NCBI RefSeq assembly: GCF_963921235.1
Contig: NC_086108.1
Coordinates: 65,102,001-65,166,000 of the forward strand
Direction: 5' to 3'
Length of the DNA: 64,000 nucleotides
Source: Mobula hypostoma
Taxonomy: Eukaryota
The translations under genes and the position numbers were made by a program. The notes under the pieces are model-generated. The model had not been told where the DNA came from and did no database searches. It was given only the letters and a program-made list of their open reading frames with translations. This document shows positions 24,251 to 36,579 of the stretch, piece by piece (the stretch's first letter is position 1; the number at the start of each line of letters is the position of its first letter).

Positions 24251-26510
24251 CTGAAATAAAAGCAAAACAAAAATATTTTTCAGACAGAATCTATAAAGAG
24301 AAAAAAACAGGTTGACATGCCATGTGCTGTTTAGTAATCCTTCAACACAGTGGATCAAGATGTGCTACTGATAAACATGTCCTTTACAGAAGCAGAAGTG
24401 GGGGTGAGGGAAAGCAGTGTTTAATAAAATGAAGGCAATAAAGGACAACTCTGAATTTGCAGTATTGTTTATTTTCATCACCAATTCAATTGCAATTACA
24501 GAAACTGAGAGGACATTGTTTTTAAAAAAAAATACCTGATTTTGACAGGTACAGTAATGATAATTTTAAAAAGCACAAAATTAAAACCTGAAAAATTCAA
24601 GGCATACATTAGTTTTTACCATTATTACTATTATAAATATTGTTGTTAGTATCAGCTGTAGGAAGGCATCCCAAGATGAATATTCTAATAAAAAGCTACC
24701 TTGTACCCTAACAATTGAAGTTCAATGATCACTTATCTATATATATATCTGTTTAGTTCTTTGCCAGTACAGCAAGGAGATTTGCTATTTGTTTTATTTG
24801 GCTTGGTTCAAAACACTGTTTGCACTGAGGCCATGTATTTAAAGATGAGTGGATGAAACGCTGGAAATGGCTAGGTTGTATGCTCTGTGCCAGTCTTCAC
24901 AGATGTGCCAAAGCCCACTCCCCAAGTTCTATGGATCAGGAAAGATTTCTCTTGTAATCAGCTTCTTAGGAAAACAATTATATAATTTTCCCTGAAAATT
25001 AGTTGAAAATACCTTAAACATCTGTCTGAAGACCTGCAGCCTACTTCCATTAGAAAAAAATCAAGCCAGACCTACTTGAATTTCATTTCCATTGGGTCTT
25101 GTATGTAATATCAGCTGATATGTCTAGATTTGCTTGTTGTCCAAAATTCTAAGGATTCTTGATGTTGCTAATGCTAAAAGAGCAATCGCTGATTTACTGT
25201 TGCGTTTAATAGCTGCTCTTTAACTGACATCGACCGTTTAAAGATTATATTAAAAGTGTTCTTCTCACCCTGCCTGTGGTGCTAAGTCTATAAAGTTACT
25301 GTGGGAGTCCATTCGGTAATGTAAATGGAATTGGAGAGGTTCAGGAGTAGATCCACTGCCAGTACTCAAACTCTGTCACTAATTTGATGAAAGATTTAAC
25401 ATTCATCCTGAAGCTCTAAAAAAACATAGATTTTAAATAAATATCAAAAAGTAAAGATAAATGAATTCAAAGTACATTGGAGTTCATATAATTTACCTAC
25501 CAAACATTGCATTTCAAACCAAAATAAAATGGCTCATAAAAATAACACTTGCAAGTTTGTTCAAATAATTATTGCTCGTATGAAAACTTTGGTTAATAAC
25601 AATAATACATAGATTTAGCCACTAGTTTAGTTGCTCGTATGAATAGCTGATAATTAAATTCTTTCTTGCCATCCATTGGAAACAATTTCATGCCGCAGGG
25701 AAAATCAAATGTTTTTCTTAGTGTGAATAAATATAATTTAATTAGACTGGCAATTATTCAGTATGAGCAGATTAAATGTTTTCTTATTGAACAGATAGCA
25801 GTTTTTCCAGACAAGTTCTGCTGGAGTTCATTGGAGATTTTGGACAGACAATATCAGAGCATAATTTTAGGTGGCTTAAAGTTCCTTCAGTTTACTTCAT
25901 CTTCAATACAATATTCCCTTCACCACCAGTGTTGATAATGTTCTGCACTGTGGCTTTTCACCTCATTTTTCTTAATTGAGACTAATTAAGATATATTTCC
26001 TTAGTCCCATTTAGATTTACCATTCATGCAGGAAATTCAAATTTATGAACTTAGATTTTTAAAATGTGTCACTAAAATTTCAGGTGATTAATAGGATAAG
26101 TACCAAGAACAAAGAAAGCATATCACAGAACACTATCTGAAATAGAAACAGAAATCCTGGAAATACTCATCTGGTGAGACAGAGTTGACATTATGGGTCA
26201 ATTACTTACCAGCAGACATAGTAAGTGCTAAAACTGAATCAAAATTTTCAGCCAAGAGTTTAGGAATGGGAAGGGTTTGGTAGGAAAGGAATACTAGAGT
26301 GAGGTCTGCTTAGTGGCTGGAGAAGAGGATTTATGACACAAAATGGAAGTGAAACAAGCCAAAGTGAACTAATAATAAGATAAATGTTGAAACATAGCCT
26401 GGGTCCTTAGAAGAAATAGATGTTTAAGGCAGAATTGAATATCTTATCAATGAGGAGTGTACTCCTACAACCTGTGAGACAAGAAAACCTCTGGTCTGTG
26501 AATGACCACG

Positions 26511-26667
26511 TAATTCATTACAGGTTGTCATGTAAGGAATACGTGAATGGAATACGTTATCATGGCACCATGTCATTTGTGAGCCCCACACTAAAGTAAA
26601 ACTAAGCCTATACATCCTGGATCCTATGTTTTTCTTTCAATTAATTTTGGAGTTACAAAACATAACA
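26511..26667 (+). repeat. 5' LTR (5'-truncated) of a Gypsy element
   Basis: Diverged direct repeat of ~32069-32220; both end agttacaaaacataaca. Followed by a PBS-like atggc. Confidence 0.8.
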
Positions 26668-29638
26668 ATGGCAATATAATGAAGTTTTGAAATGAACTTG
26701 AGATAACTACCTATCCATTGAAGCACAACACGGATTAGTTTTTTTAAAAAAAGGTAGAAAATGGACGAAATTCACAGGCTCATAAACAGTGAGTACCAGG
26801 TGATAATAATAAATAAATAAATAAGCACAACTGGCTGGATACATTGGAAAGGTAGATGCATTTGATGTATACTGAATGAACTGTACCATATTTTGAAGCA
26901 AATGAAATTGCCAATGAGAAATGAGTGCCAGTGTTGCTGAGTGTAAAAAGTGGAAAAGCATACAGTTTGCTTCGGTGTTTGACAGCTCCAACCAAGCCAG
27001 CCAAAATGAGCTTTGCTGATATCATGAACATAATGCAGGAACGTTTAGAATGGAAACCGTTGCTGATTGCTAAAGGAAGAGGATCCCAATTCAGCTGACA
27101 TGGCTAAATTGAAGAGATTGTCCATGCATTGTCAGTTCAGTGGTGGACTTAATGATGTACTGAGAGATCATTTAGTTACAGGAAAGCATTTAAAAACGGC
27201 TCTGACCAAATCACAACTCGTATTTAAAAAAGCAGTTGAAATCGCTGGATCAATGGAAACAGCAGAGAGAGTTGCAATTAAGTTGCAGTCAGGAATGAAA
27301 GTGAGCATTAACAAAATGCCTTCCTGCAACATCCAAACGGAAACCTGCATGGCCGAACAAATTTTGTTACCATTTTGTTGGGGTTCACATACAGGAGACC
27401 AATACAGGCCTAAAGGTGAAATTTGCAGAAAATGCAGCAAAATAGGACACATAAATGGACTGTACAGGGAAGAGGTAGGAAAAAAATCAGTTTGCAGTTT
27501 CAAAAAGATCAATAATCTGCACGTTTTTGATGAAAAATATGATGGTGATGACAGTGACACATAGCTAAGTATCTTTGAGATTTACAATGTTAAAATTAGC
27601 AAGAGACATAGAGGTGAATGGCGAATATATTAAAGTGGAATTGGACGCTGCCTCGGCTGTTTCAGCCATTCCACAAAACAAATTTAAATGGCATCTCAAA
27701 GATACTGAACTGAAGCCTGCAGATATCCAACTAAGGACTTATACTGGAGAAGGATAACTCCCGTGAGAATAACATTTGGAACAATGAAATACAACAACCA
27801 ACAAGGCAAGTTGGGCTTGTACGTGGTAAAAACAGGAGGGCCATTATTATTGGACTGTGATTGACCGAGACAACTAAAACTTGATTGGAGATATATCCAC
27901 TGTTTGCATGCCACATCTCCTAGAACAGAGTCAACGGAAAGGTACTGGATGATGCTACAGCAGTGTGAAAATGCCACACCCAAGTTTTACAAAGCCCATC
28001 CAGTTCCTTATACCATCTGTGATGAAGTAGCCAGTGAGCTAGATTGCATGAAGGCTGAAGGAATTCTTTCCCAGGTTGAGTGGAGCCCATGGACAATGTC
28101 AGTGGTCCCAGTAGCCAAGGAGAATGCGTCTGTCAGGATCTGTGGTGAGTTTAAGGTCACCATCAACCCAGTACCGAAAGTACAAACGCTGTAGATCAAT
28201 ACACTCTCCCCAGGATAGAGGATATCGTTGCAAACCTTTCAAGAAGGAAATACTTCAGAAAAGTGGAGATAGCTGAGGCCTACCTACAGATGGAGTTGGA
28301 AGAAGAGTCCATAGTGTTTCTCACCATAAACACTCACAAAGGGACCTATCACTATAATAGGCTTATATCTGGAGTAACATCTGCGCCTGCACACTGGTCC
28401 GATTGCTGCAAGGCTGGCCAAGCACTGAGTGGTTACCTGGATGAGATCTTTGTTACTGATGAGGATGACAAGGAACATCTCCAGAATTCCAAGACAGTGT
28501 TAAAAAGATTAGAAGATTATGGGCTCAGAGCATGATGCAACAAGTGTGAATTTTATAAACCAAGCATCACTTACTGTGGTCACACCATTGAGGCACAAGG
28601 ATTACACAACTGCTGAGAAAAGTCAAGCATTGGTGGATGCATCAAGGCCAAAAGATGCGTCACCATTGCAGTCCTATTTAGGAATCGTCAATTACTATAA
28701 CAGGTTCCTGCCAAACCTGGCTACTGTGTCTACCCCTTGAACTCATTACTACAGATTGGGAAGAAATGCAATGGACAATGCAGTATGAGATGGCTTCCAA
28801 AAGACTAAGAAAAAGGTTATGTCAGACAATGTACTCACATACTATGATCCACATTTTCTAGTTTTGCTGGTCTACGATGCCTCACCTTATGGTATATGTG
28901 CAGTCATGTTGCATGTTATGAGTAATGGAAGTGAATGCCCCACAGCCTTTGCATTACATTCCTGTACCACTGCATTGAAAAATTATGCACAGATTGACAG
29001 AGGTGCCTTTGTGTCTGATTTGGGATATAAAACATTTCAATCAATTCCCGCATGGGAGAGAGTTTACTCGCATTACTGATCATCCACCACTAGTGTCCAT
29101 TTTCAATCCACAGAGAGTGTTCCGCTAACAGCAGCAGCACAAATGTTGAGATGGGCTCTGTTTCTTGGAGGACAATTACAAAACCGAATTCCAGAGGACA
29201 ACTAATCATTGAACTGCTGATGAATTGTCCTGTTTACCTATAGAAAAGGAAATACCTGGAAAATTTATGAAAGAGGACACTCCTTTTGAGGTATTCTCCT
29301 AAATGCAAATCAAAATGCATAATCCAAAGGGAAACCAGGAAAAGACCCTTCACTGTTTCAGGTCTACATAGCAACCCAAAGTAGCTAGAATGTGTAACAG
29401 AAATTCCAGTTCCCTCATTATTACCAGCACCGGATGATCTTACCCTTGACGGGGTTGTTGTACCATCTAAACTGAGAGCTACATGCTGGTCATCTAGGCT
29501 TCAAAGTAAAAGCTTGAAACTTTGTCAAGTGGCTTGTGATAGATCAGCAGATCCAACAGCTTTCCATGCAATGGTTGGGATGCCAACATGTCCAGAAGAT
29601 GTCAAGAGCAGCGCCTCTTCATGCCAGAGAATGAACTA

Positions 29639-31233
29639 CAAACCCCATTTCCAGAAAAGTTGGGATATTTTCCAAAATGCAATAAAAACAAAAATCTGTG
29701 ATATGTTAATTCACGTGAACCTTTATTTAACTGACAAAAGTACAAAGAAAAGATTTTCAATAGTTTTACTGACCAACTTAATTGTATTTTGTAAACATAC
29801 ACAAATTTAGAATTTGATGGCTGCAACACACTCAACAAAAGTTGGGACAGAACCATTGTGTTACATCACCTTTCCTATTAATAACACTTTTTAATTGTTT
29901 TGAAACTGACGATACTAAGTGTAGTAGATTTGCAATTGGAAATTTTCTCCATTCTTGCTTGATAAAAGACTTCAGCTGCCCAACAGTCCGTGGTCTCCAT
30001 TGTCTGATTCTCCTCTTCATGATGCGCCATACATTTTCAATAGGAGATAGATCTGGACTGGCAGCAGGCCAGTCAAGCACACGCACTCTGTGAAAACAAA
30101 GCCATGCTGTTGTAGCCCATGCAGAATGTGGTCTGGCATTGTCCTGCTCAAATAAGCATGGACGTCCCGGGAAGAGACATCGCCTTGATGGCAACATATT
30201 TCTCTCTAAAATCCTAATATACGCCTCAAGAGTCAATGGTACCTTCACATACATGCAACTCACCCATGCCATGGGCACTGATGCACTCCCATACCATCAC
30301 AGATGCTGGCTTTTGCACCTTTCGCTGATAACAATCTGGATGGTCGTTTTCATCTTCAGCACGGAGAACTTAACACCTGTTTTTTCCAAAAACTAGCTGA
30401 AATGTGGACTCATCTGACCACAGCACATGGTTCCACAGTCTTTCGGTCCATCTGAGATGAGCGCGGGCCCAGAGGACTCGCCGGCGTTTCTGCATAGAGT
30501 TGATGTATGGGTTCCTCCTTGGGTAATACAGTTTCAAGTTGCATTTCTGGATGCAGCGATGGACTGTGTTGAGTGACAATGGTTTTCCGAAGTACTCCCG
30601 AGCCCAGGTGGCTATAATTGTCACAGTAGCATGACGGTTTCTTAGGCAGTGCCACCTGAGGGCTCAAAGATCACGCGCATTCAACAGTGGTTTCCAACCT
30701 TGCCCTTTGCGCACTAAGATGTCTCTGAATTCTCTGAATCTTTTCACAGTATTATGTATTGTAGATGTTGAAAGACCTAAATTCTCTGCAATCTTGCGTT
30801 GAGAAATGTTCCTTTTGAACCAACTTACAATTCTCTCATGAATTTTGGCACAACGGGGTGAGCCACAACCCATCCTTGCTTGCAAAGACTGAGCCTTTGA
30901 TGGACGCTACTTTTATACCCAGTCATGATACCTCACCTGCTACCAATTAGCCTGCTTAATGTGGAGTCTTCCAAACGGGTGTTACTTGAATATTCTGTGC
31001 ATTTTTCAATCTTATTTTAAATCTGTCCCAACTTTTGTTGAGTGTGCTGCGGCCATCAAATTCTAAATTTTTGTATATTTACAAAATACAATTAAGTTGT
31101 CAGTAAAACTATTGAAAATCTTTTCTTTGTACTTTTGTCAATTAAATAAAGGTTCACGTGAATTAACATATCACAGGATTTTGTTCTTATTGCATTTTGG
31201 AAAATATCCCAACTTTTCTGGAAATGGGGTTTG
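29639..31233 (-). mobile_element. Tc1 (DD34E) DNA transposon with ~210-bp IR/DR-type TIRs and TA TSD
   Basis: TA|caaaccccatttccagaaaagttggga...tcccaacttttctggaaatggggtttg|TA, with inner repeats aaaagttgggaca. Transposase fragments 29850-30885 contain an HTH, WSDES, QDNARPH and SPDLSPIENVW, and are frameshifted. Confidence 0.95.
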
Positions 31234-31998
31234 TATATTACCCTGGTAGAGGATTTATTTCAATTTTTCATGACCATTCATAGCTACAAATTTCTTGGTA
31301 GTTGTAGATGCAGCTACAAAGTCGCCAGAGTGTTCCCAATAGCCTCCACTTTAGCCTCACACGCCGTTGATGTGTTGAGAAGCCTCTCCTCAGTGACTGG
31401 TGTCCCAGACTATTTAGTCAGTGACAATGGACCATAGTTTGTTGTGGAATAGTTTCAGTCATTCCTGAAAATGAATGGAATAAAACATATTACATCTGCA
31501 TCGTACCACCCAGCTGCAAATGACTTAGTGGAAAGGTTTGTCCAGAGTCCAGCAAACACTGGGAGCAGTGTCAGCAGAACACATTACATTGACTCTGGAT
31601 CAGAAACTCACCAATTCCATCCTTGCAATTGTATTGCAATCCAGTACACTCCTCAGCCAACAACTCACCAGATATGTTGTTCCTGGGTTGTCCCCTGCAT
31701 TCACGCTTGGATTTCCTCAAACGCAATCTCAGAAGGAGTATGCAGGACAAACTGCTGAGACAAACTGAAGGCTCCTCAAACAAGGAGGTTCAATGTTTCA
31801 CTCCTGGACAAGCAGGAGTGATCAATATTGGGTACGCGGGAAGATTAAGGACAAAACTAGACCACTATATACAGTGTGTATATTCATAATATATAATATA
31901 CATATTTATATATAGAATAACTAGGAAGCAATATATTACATATTTGAGTTGCGATGCATTCTATAATGAGTTGAAGTTTATAGCTAAGGAGGGAGGAT

Positions 31999-32220
31999 TG
32001 TAGTGTGTTTAGTATTTGAGCAATATTGTAAATATATTGTTTGATTAAGCATTCTTTGTCTGTTTACATAATTCATTATGGATTATATGTAAGAAGTACA
32101 TGAAGGAAACATTATGCCACCATGTCATTTATGAGTGCCACACTAAAGTAAAAACAAGCACATGCACCCTGGCTCCTGTGTTTTTCTTTTAATTAGTTTT
32201 TGAAGTTACAAAACATAACA
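31999..32220 (+). repeat. 3' LTR of the Gypsy element
   Basis: TG...CA termini immediately after the polypurine tract. Homologous to the 5' LTR. Confidence 0.85.
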
Positions 32221-32369
32221 ATAGAACCTGCACCATCTACTCTAGAGAAAATGTGAGGTGGTTTAGATCCAGAATATCAAGTCTAGAAATTTGCAGTGGA
32301 AAAAGAATAAGCTATTCTTCAGAGAATGTAGAATTAAGCTGATAATAATTGAATGACTACAACACAGGA

Positions 32370-32720
32370 AATCAATCAACCTGACAATTTCAAACCAATT
32401 CTTTGTAAAAACAAATCCAGGTAGTTCCACTGTCCCATCATCTCCCCATAGGGCTGCAATTTCCTTTCTTGCAAATATGTATCCAACTCCTTTTTGAATA
32501 CTACCATTGAATGTGCATCCATTTCTGCCTTCAGCTGTATATTCCAGACCCTAACCAGACATTTCAAAAGGAAGTTTTTCTTTACATCACTTTTGCTTTC
32601 TTTTTACCGGTTACATTAATTCTACGTTTCCTTGCCCTCGTCCATTCACCAATGGGAGTAGTTTCTCTCTATCTACTCTGTTGATATTCTTCATGATTTT
32701 GAAAGCCACCATCAGTAGCC
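32370..32720 (-). mobile_element. Old CR1 3' fragment
   Basis: The minus ORF reads LVRVWNIQL...FKKELDTYL. Confidence 0.6.
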
Positions 32721-33420
32721 TGATCAGTCTTTTTTGATTATCTGGAGAAAGTGTCGTTGTTCTTGTTGGAACAGAAAAGATTGCAAAGGAATCTGACAGA
32801 AGCTTTCAAAATCAACAAACTGGTTGATGTTATGCCAGCCAGTAAATCATGGTTTAACTAATACTGTTTCATTAATGATTGTGGTCTCTGTGATCATCAT
32901 AAATATTGATCTACAAATAAATGGCTACATTTTCTAAATCAAAATGGGCTGGTGACTAGCTTCTGACTAAAGAGAAGCTTTCTGAAGCACTGTTTGAGAT
33001 CTACTAACTGTCTCTAATGGAATATGTTTAATGAAAAGTGTGGCCAGATTATTTACTTCTTCATTGAATCATACAGCCCTCCTCATCCTTGGGAGGAATA
33101 CATGCTTATAGCAGAATAGAAGAGGGAGAGACCAGCATAGAAGATCAGTTGATGAAGAGAGTCCCCATGATGCCTATCAATGCTGATCCTATTTGTTTAC
33201 ATTCGGCCTGTATCTCTCTATGCTTGTCCTATCCAGGTGTCTGTTCAAACACAGATATTCACCTCTTTCAGTGTGTTGTGGCCTTCCATTTTGCCTGGTG
33301 TGTTGTTGAACTGTCTACTTCCACACTTCCTGTACTGCTTCTGCTAAAAACATGAAACACCATATTCAACACATAGGCAGTTAAAACACAAAGATCTGCA
33401 TCTTCAAAAACTCATATACT

Positions 33421-34096
33421 AGATTAGATTAGATTATGAGGACATTCAGTCCTAGTTTATTGTCATTTAGAAATGGATGCATTAAAAAATGATACAATGT
33501 TCCTCCAGAATGATATCACAAAAAAAAGGACGAACCAAGACTAAAACTGACAAAACCACATAATTATAACATATAGTTACAACAATGCAAAGCAATACCA
33601 TAATTTGATAAAGAGCAGACCATGGGCACGGTAAAAAAGAAGTCTCAAAGTCCCAATAGACTCATCATCTCATGCAGGCAGCAGAAGGGAGAAACTCTCC
33701 CTGCCATGAACCTCCAAGGGCCGACAACTTGCCGATGCATTGGAAGCACCCGACCGCAGCGGACTCTGAGTCTATCCGAAAACTTCGAGCCTCTGATTAG
33801 CCCCTCCGATACAGCCTCTCTGAGCATCATCCTCTGCTGAGCGCTCGACCCCGCCCCGGCCACTGAGCAGCAAGCAAAGCCGAGGACTCGGGGCCTTCTC
33901 CTCCAGAGATTCCGGACCACACAGTAGCAGCAGCAGTGAAGCAGGCATTTCAGAAGTTTCTCCAGATGTTCCTCTGTACTCTCATGTCCGTCTCCATCAA
34001 ATCAGGATTGTGCACGGCACCCTACTTGACAAATAACAGACATCACCACCAGAGTGGCCACTGCGAGCTGTGTCGTGCCGCCATCTTCTCCTCCCA
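33421..34096 (-). mobile_element. Non-autonomous retroelement with a (TAATC)n tail, copy 1
   Basis: Starts (minus strand) ggaggagaagatggcggcacgac and ends ...gacaataaac...aatctaatctaatct. Closely similar to 56727-57314. Confidence 0.75.
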
Positions 34097-34137
34097 ATGA
34101 GGTGTTATTGGCTATTCTGAAGTTAAGTTCAAGCCAA

Positions 34138-34566
34138 GAAGACCATAAGACATAGGATCAAATTAGGCCATTCAGCCCATTGAGTAATCATTGCAGAATT
34201 GTTACCCCTCTTCTCCCACCTTCTCCCTGCGACCTTGGATGACTTTACTAATCAAGAACCTATCAACCTCCGCTTTAAATATACCCAATGACTTCTGGCA
34301 ATGAATTGCACAGATTCACCACCCTCTGGCTAATGAAATTCTTCCTCATCTCTTTTGAAAGGGAAGTCCTTCTATTCTGAGCCTATGCCCTCTAGTCCTA
34401 GACTCTCACACTAGTGGAAACTTCGTTAACACATTCACTCTATCTAGGCCAGGGGTTCCCAAACTTTTTTATGCCATGGACCAATACCATTAAGCAAGGG
34501 GTCCATGGACCCCAGATTGGGAATCCCTGATCTAGGCCTTTCAATATTCAATAGGGTTCAATGAGA
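34138..34566 (-). mobile_element. CR1 3' fragment containing a hAT MITE
   Basis: Antisense CR1 tail (gaccataagacatagg) and antisense VVNL motif. Confidence 0.8.
34450..34529. mobile_element. 80-bp hAT-Charlie MITE with a perfect 8-bp TSD
   Basis: atctaggc|caggggttccc...gggaatccctg|atctaggc. Confidence 0.9.
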
Positions 34567-35294
34567 AGGAGCAAAAGCAAAGGAATTTTCTATAAGTTCA
34601 GCTAAATTTGCCAATTACGATGATTTAACTTGCTAAGCTGCAATAAAACATAGGACCTCTGTCAATATTCCATTTGCTAGAGAGAAATTTTGGATAATCT
34701 CTAACATTTAGGCCAATGCAATGCCATTCCTCTGATTTAAACTACTTTGACCAGACATTGTACAGCTGCAATAATTATGGTTAAATACTCAAATAAGCTT
34801 ATAATGAATCACTTGAAACTTATAAATAGCTGAAAGGCCAGATTTATGTATGCTTGAAATTCCTCAACATGTTAGTTACAGGACACATGGACCAAGTGTT
34901 AATGCTGAGCAATTTTTCATGTTTGAGCTAATACACCACATGTGTATTGCAGAAAATTACTTGGTGGCATTTCCACCTTCTGCACACAGTACCATCAGTT
35001 TCTGTTGCACTCACGTCTAGCTCATTAAGCTCTTGGTAAAGGCAGCACTGTGCAAATTTTTACAGCCATCGCACTCTCTGAGTCATGCTTGATAACAGTT
35101 ACTGTAGAAGCAATAATGAGTCAACTGTGGACAAGCAACAGAGGAGCTATGAATCTAAACAAGAAGGACTTAAGTCATGTCCTCCACTCAGTCAAAACTC
35201 CTGAAATGATAAATGACTGAACAAAAGTAAAACAAACCAGTGGGGGGAAAGCTATTGGAGGGATTCTGAGAGATGATGATTTATTTGCATAAAA

Positions 35295-36462
35295 AGGGTG
35301 AACAGCTTCAAGTTCCTGAGCGTCAAAATCGCAGAAAATCTATCCTGGGCCCAATGTATTCATGCAACCATGAAGGAGTCATGCCGGCAGCTCTACTTTG
35401 TTAAGAGTTTGAGGAGATTTGGTATGTCACCAAAGACTCCTGGAAATTCTACAGATGTACAGTGAAGGCCATTCTTACTGTTTGCATCTTAGCCTGGTAT
35501 GGAGCCTCGAATGCACATTTTGCCTGAGGCTGTAAAGGGTTGTAGACTCAGCCAAGTCCTTCATGGGAACAACCTACCCCACCATCAAGAAGGAGACATC
35601 CATTATTAAAGATCTTCAGCATCTGGGACTATTTGACCATAAGATATTGGTGCAGAATTAGGCCATTTGGCCCAACTGCCATTTCATCATAACTGATCTG
35701 ATTTTTTCCCAGCCCCAATTTCCTGCCTTCTATAAACCTCTGCCTTAAATATATATATATAACTTAGCCTCCACAGCTGCCTGTGGTAAAGAATTCCACA
35801 GATTCACCACTCTCCATCTAAAGAAATTCCTCCTCATCCCCATTTGGAAAGGACGTCCCTCAATTCTGAGGTTGTATACTTTGGTCTTAGACTCTCCCAC
35901 TATAGGAAACATACTCTCCACGTCCACCCTATCAAGGCCTTTCATCATTTGATAGGCTTCAATGAGGTCACTCCTCATTCTTCTGAATTCTAGTGAATAG
36001 AGGCCCAGAACCATCAAACACTCTTCATGTGACAAGCCATTCAATCCTGGAATCATTTTCATGAATCTCCTTTGAACCCTCTCCAGTTTCAAGACATTCT
36101 TTCTAAGATAAGGAGCCCAAATCTGCTGACAATACTCCAAGAGAGGCCTTGCCAGTGTTTTATAAAGTCTCAACATTACATCCTTGCTTTTATATTCTAA
36201 TCCTCTTGATGGCATGTTCTCATCACCTTACTACCAAAGAGGTAGTAGTAAACGAGTCTGAAGTCACCTACTCAATATTTTAGGAACAGCTTCTTCCTTT
36301 CTGCCATCAGACTTCTGAAGGCCCATGAACACTACCTCATTCATCATTTGCACTATTTTACTTACTTTGGAAGTTATAGTAACTTTTATGTCTTACACTG
36401 TATTGGTCCCACAAAACAACAAATTTCACAACTTATGTCAGAAATAATAAACCTGATTCTGA
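35295..36462 (+). mobile_element. L2/Rex-Babar-type LINE 3' fragment, split by an antisense CR1
   Basis: Reads VNSFKFL.V...NLSW...QLYFVKSLRRFG, later RNSFFLSAIRLL, and ends with aataaacctgattctga. Confidence 0.7.
35633..36212 (-). mobile_element. CR1 LINE 3' fragment
   Basis: ORF 35745-36215 reads RGLEYKSKDVMLRLYKTLARPLLEYC...RVVNLWNSLP. Confidence 0.92.
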
Positions 36463-36579
36463 GAATCAGAATAGTTTTGTGCATGGGAAATCATGTCTCA
36501 CAAGTTTAACTATTTTGAAGAGTGACTGAGAGGATTGACAAGAGCAGAGCCATAGATAATGTCTACATGGACTTTCCAC

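Larger units (their letters stand above)
26511..32220 (+). mobile_element. Decayed Ty3/Gypsy LTR retrotransposon (gag-PR-RT-RH-IN), split by Tc1
   Basis: Gag zinc knuckle CRKCSKIGH, protease ELDAASAVS, RT (SVRICGEFKVTIN, AYLQMEL, YLDE), RNase H (YDASPYGI, NYAQIDR) and integrase (LVSDNGP, YHPAAN..VERF). PPT aaggagggagga at 31986. Many stops and frameshifts. Confidence 0.92.

Noticed and set aside
25572..25643. 13-bp direct repeat ttgctcgtatgaa, 59 bp apart
   Set aside because: Only two copies with nothing recognisable between them; probably a small local duplication.
33645..33920. Similar small ORFs here and at 56911-57135 as a gene family
   Set aside because: The similarity comes from two copies of one repeat, and the frames diverge after about 20 codons.
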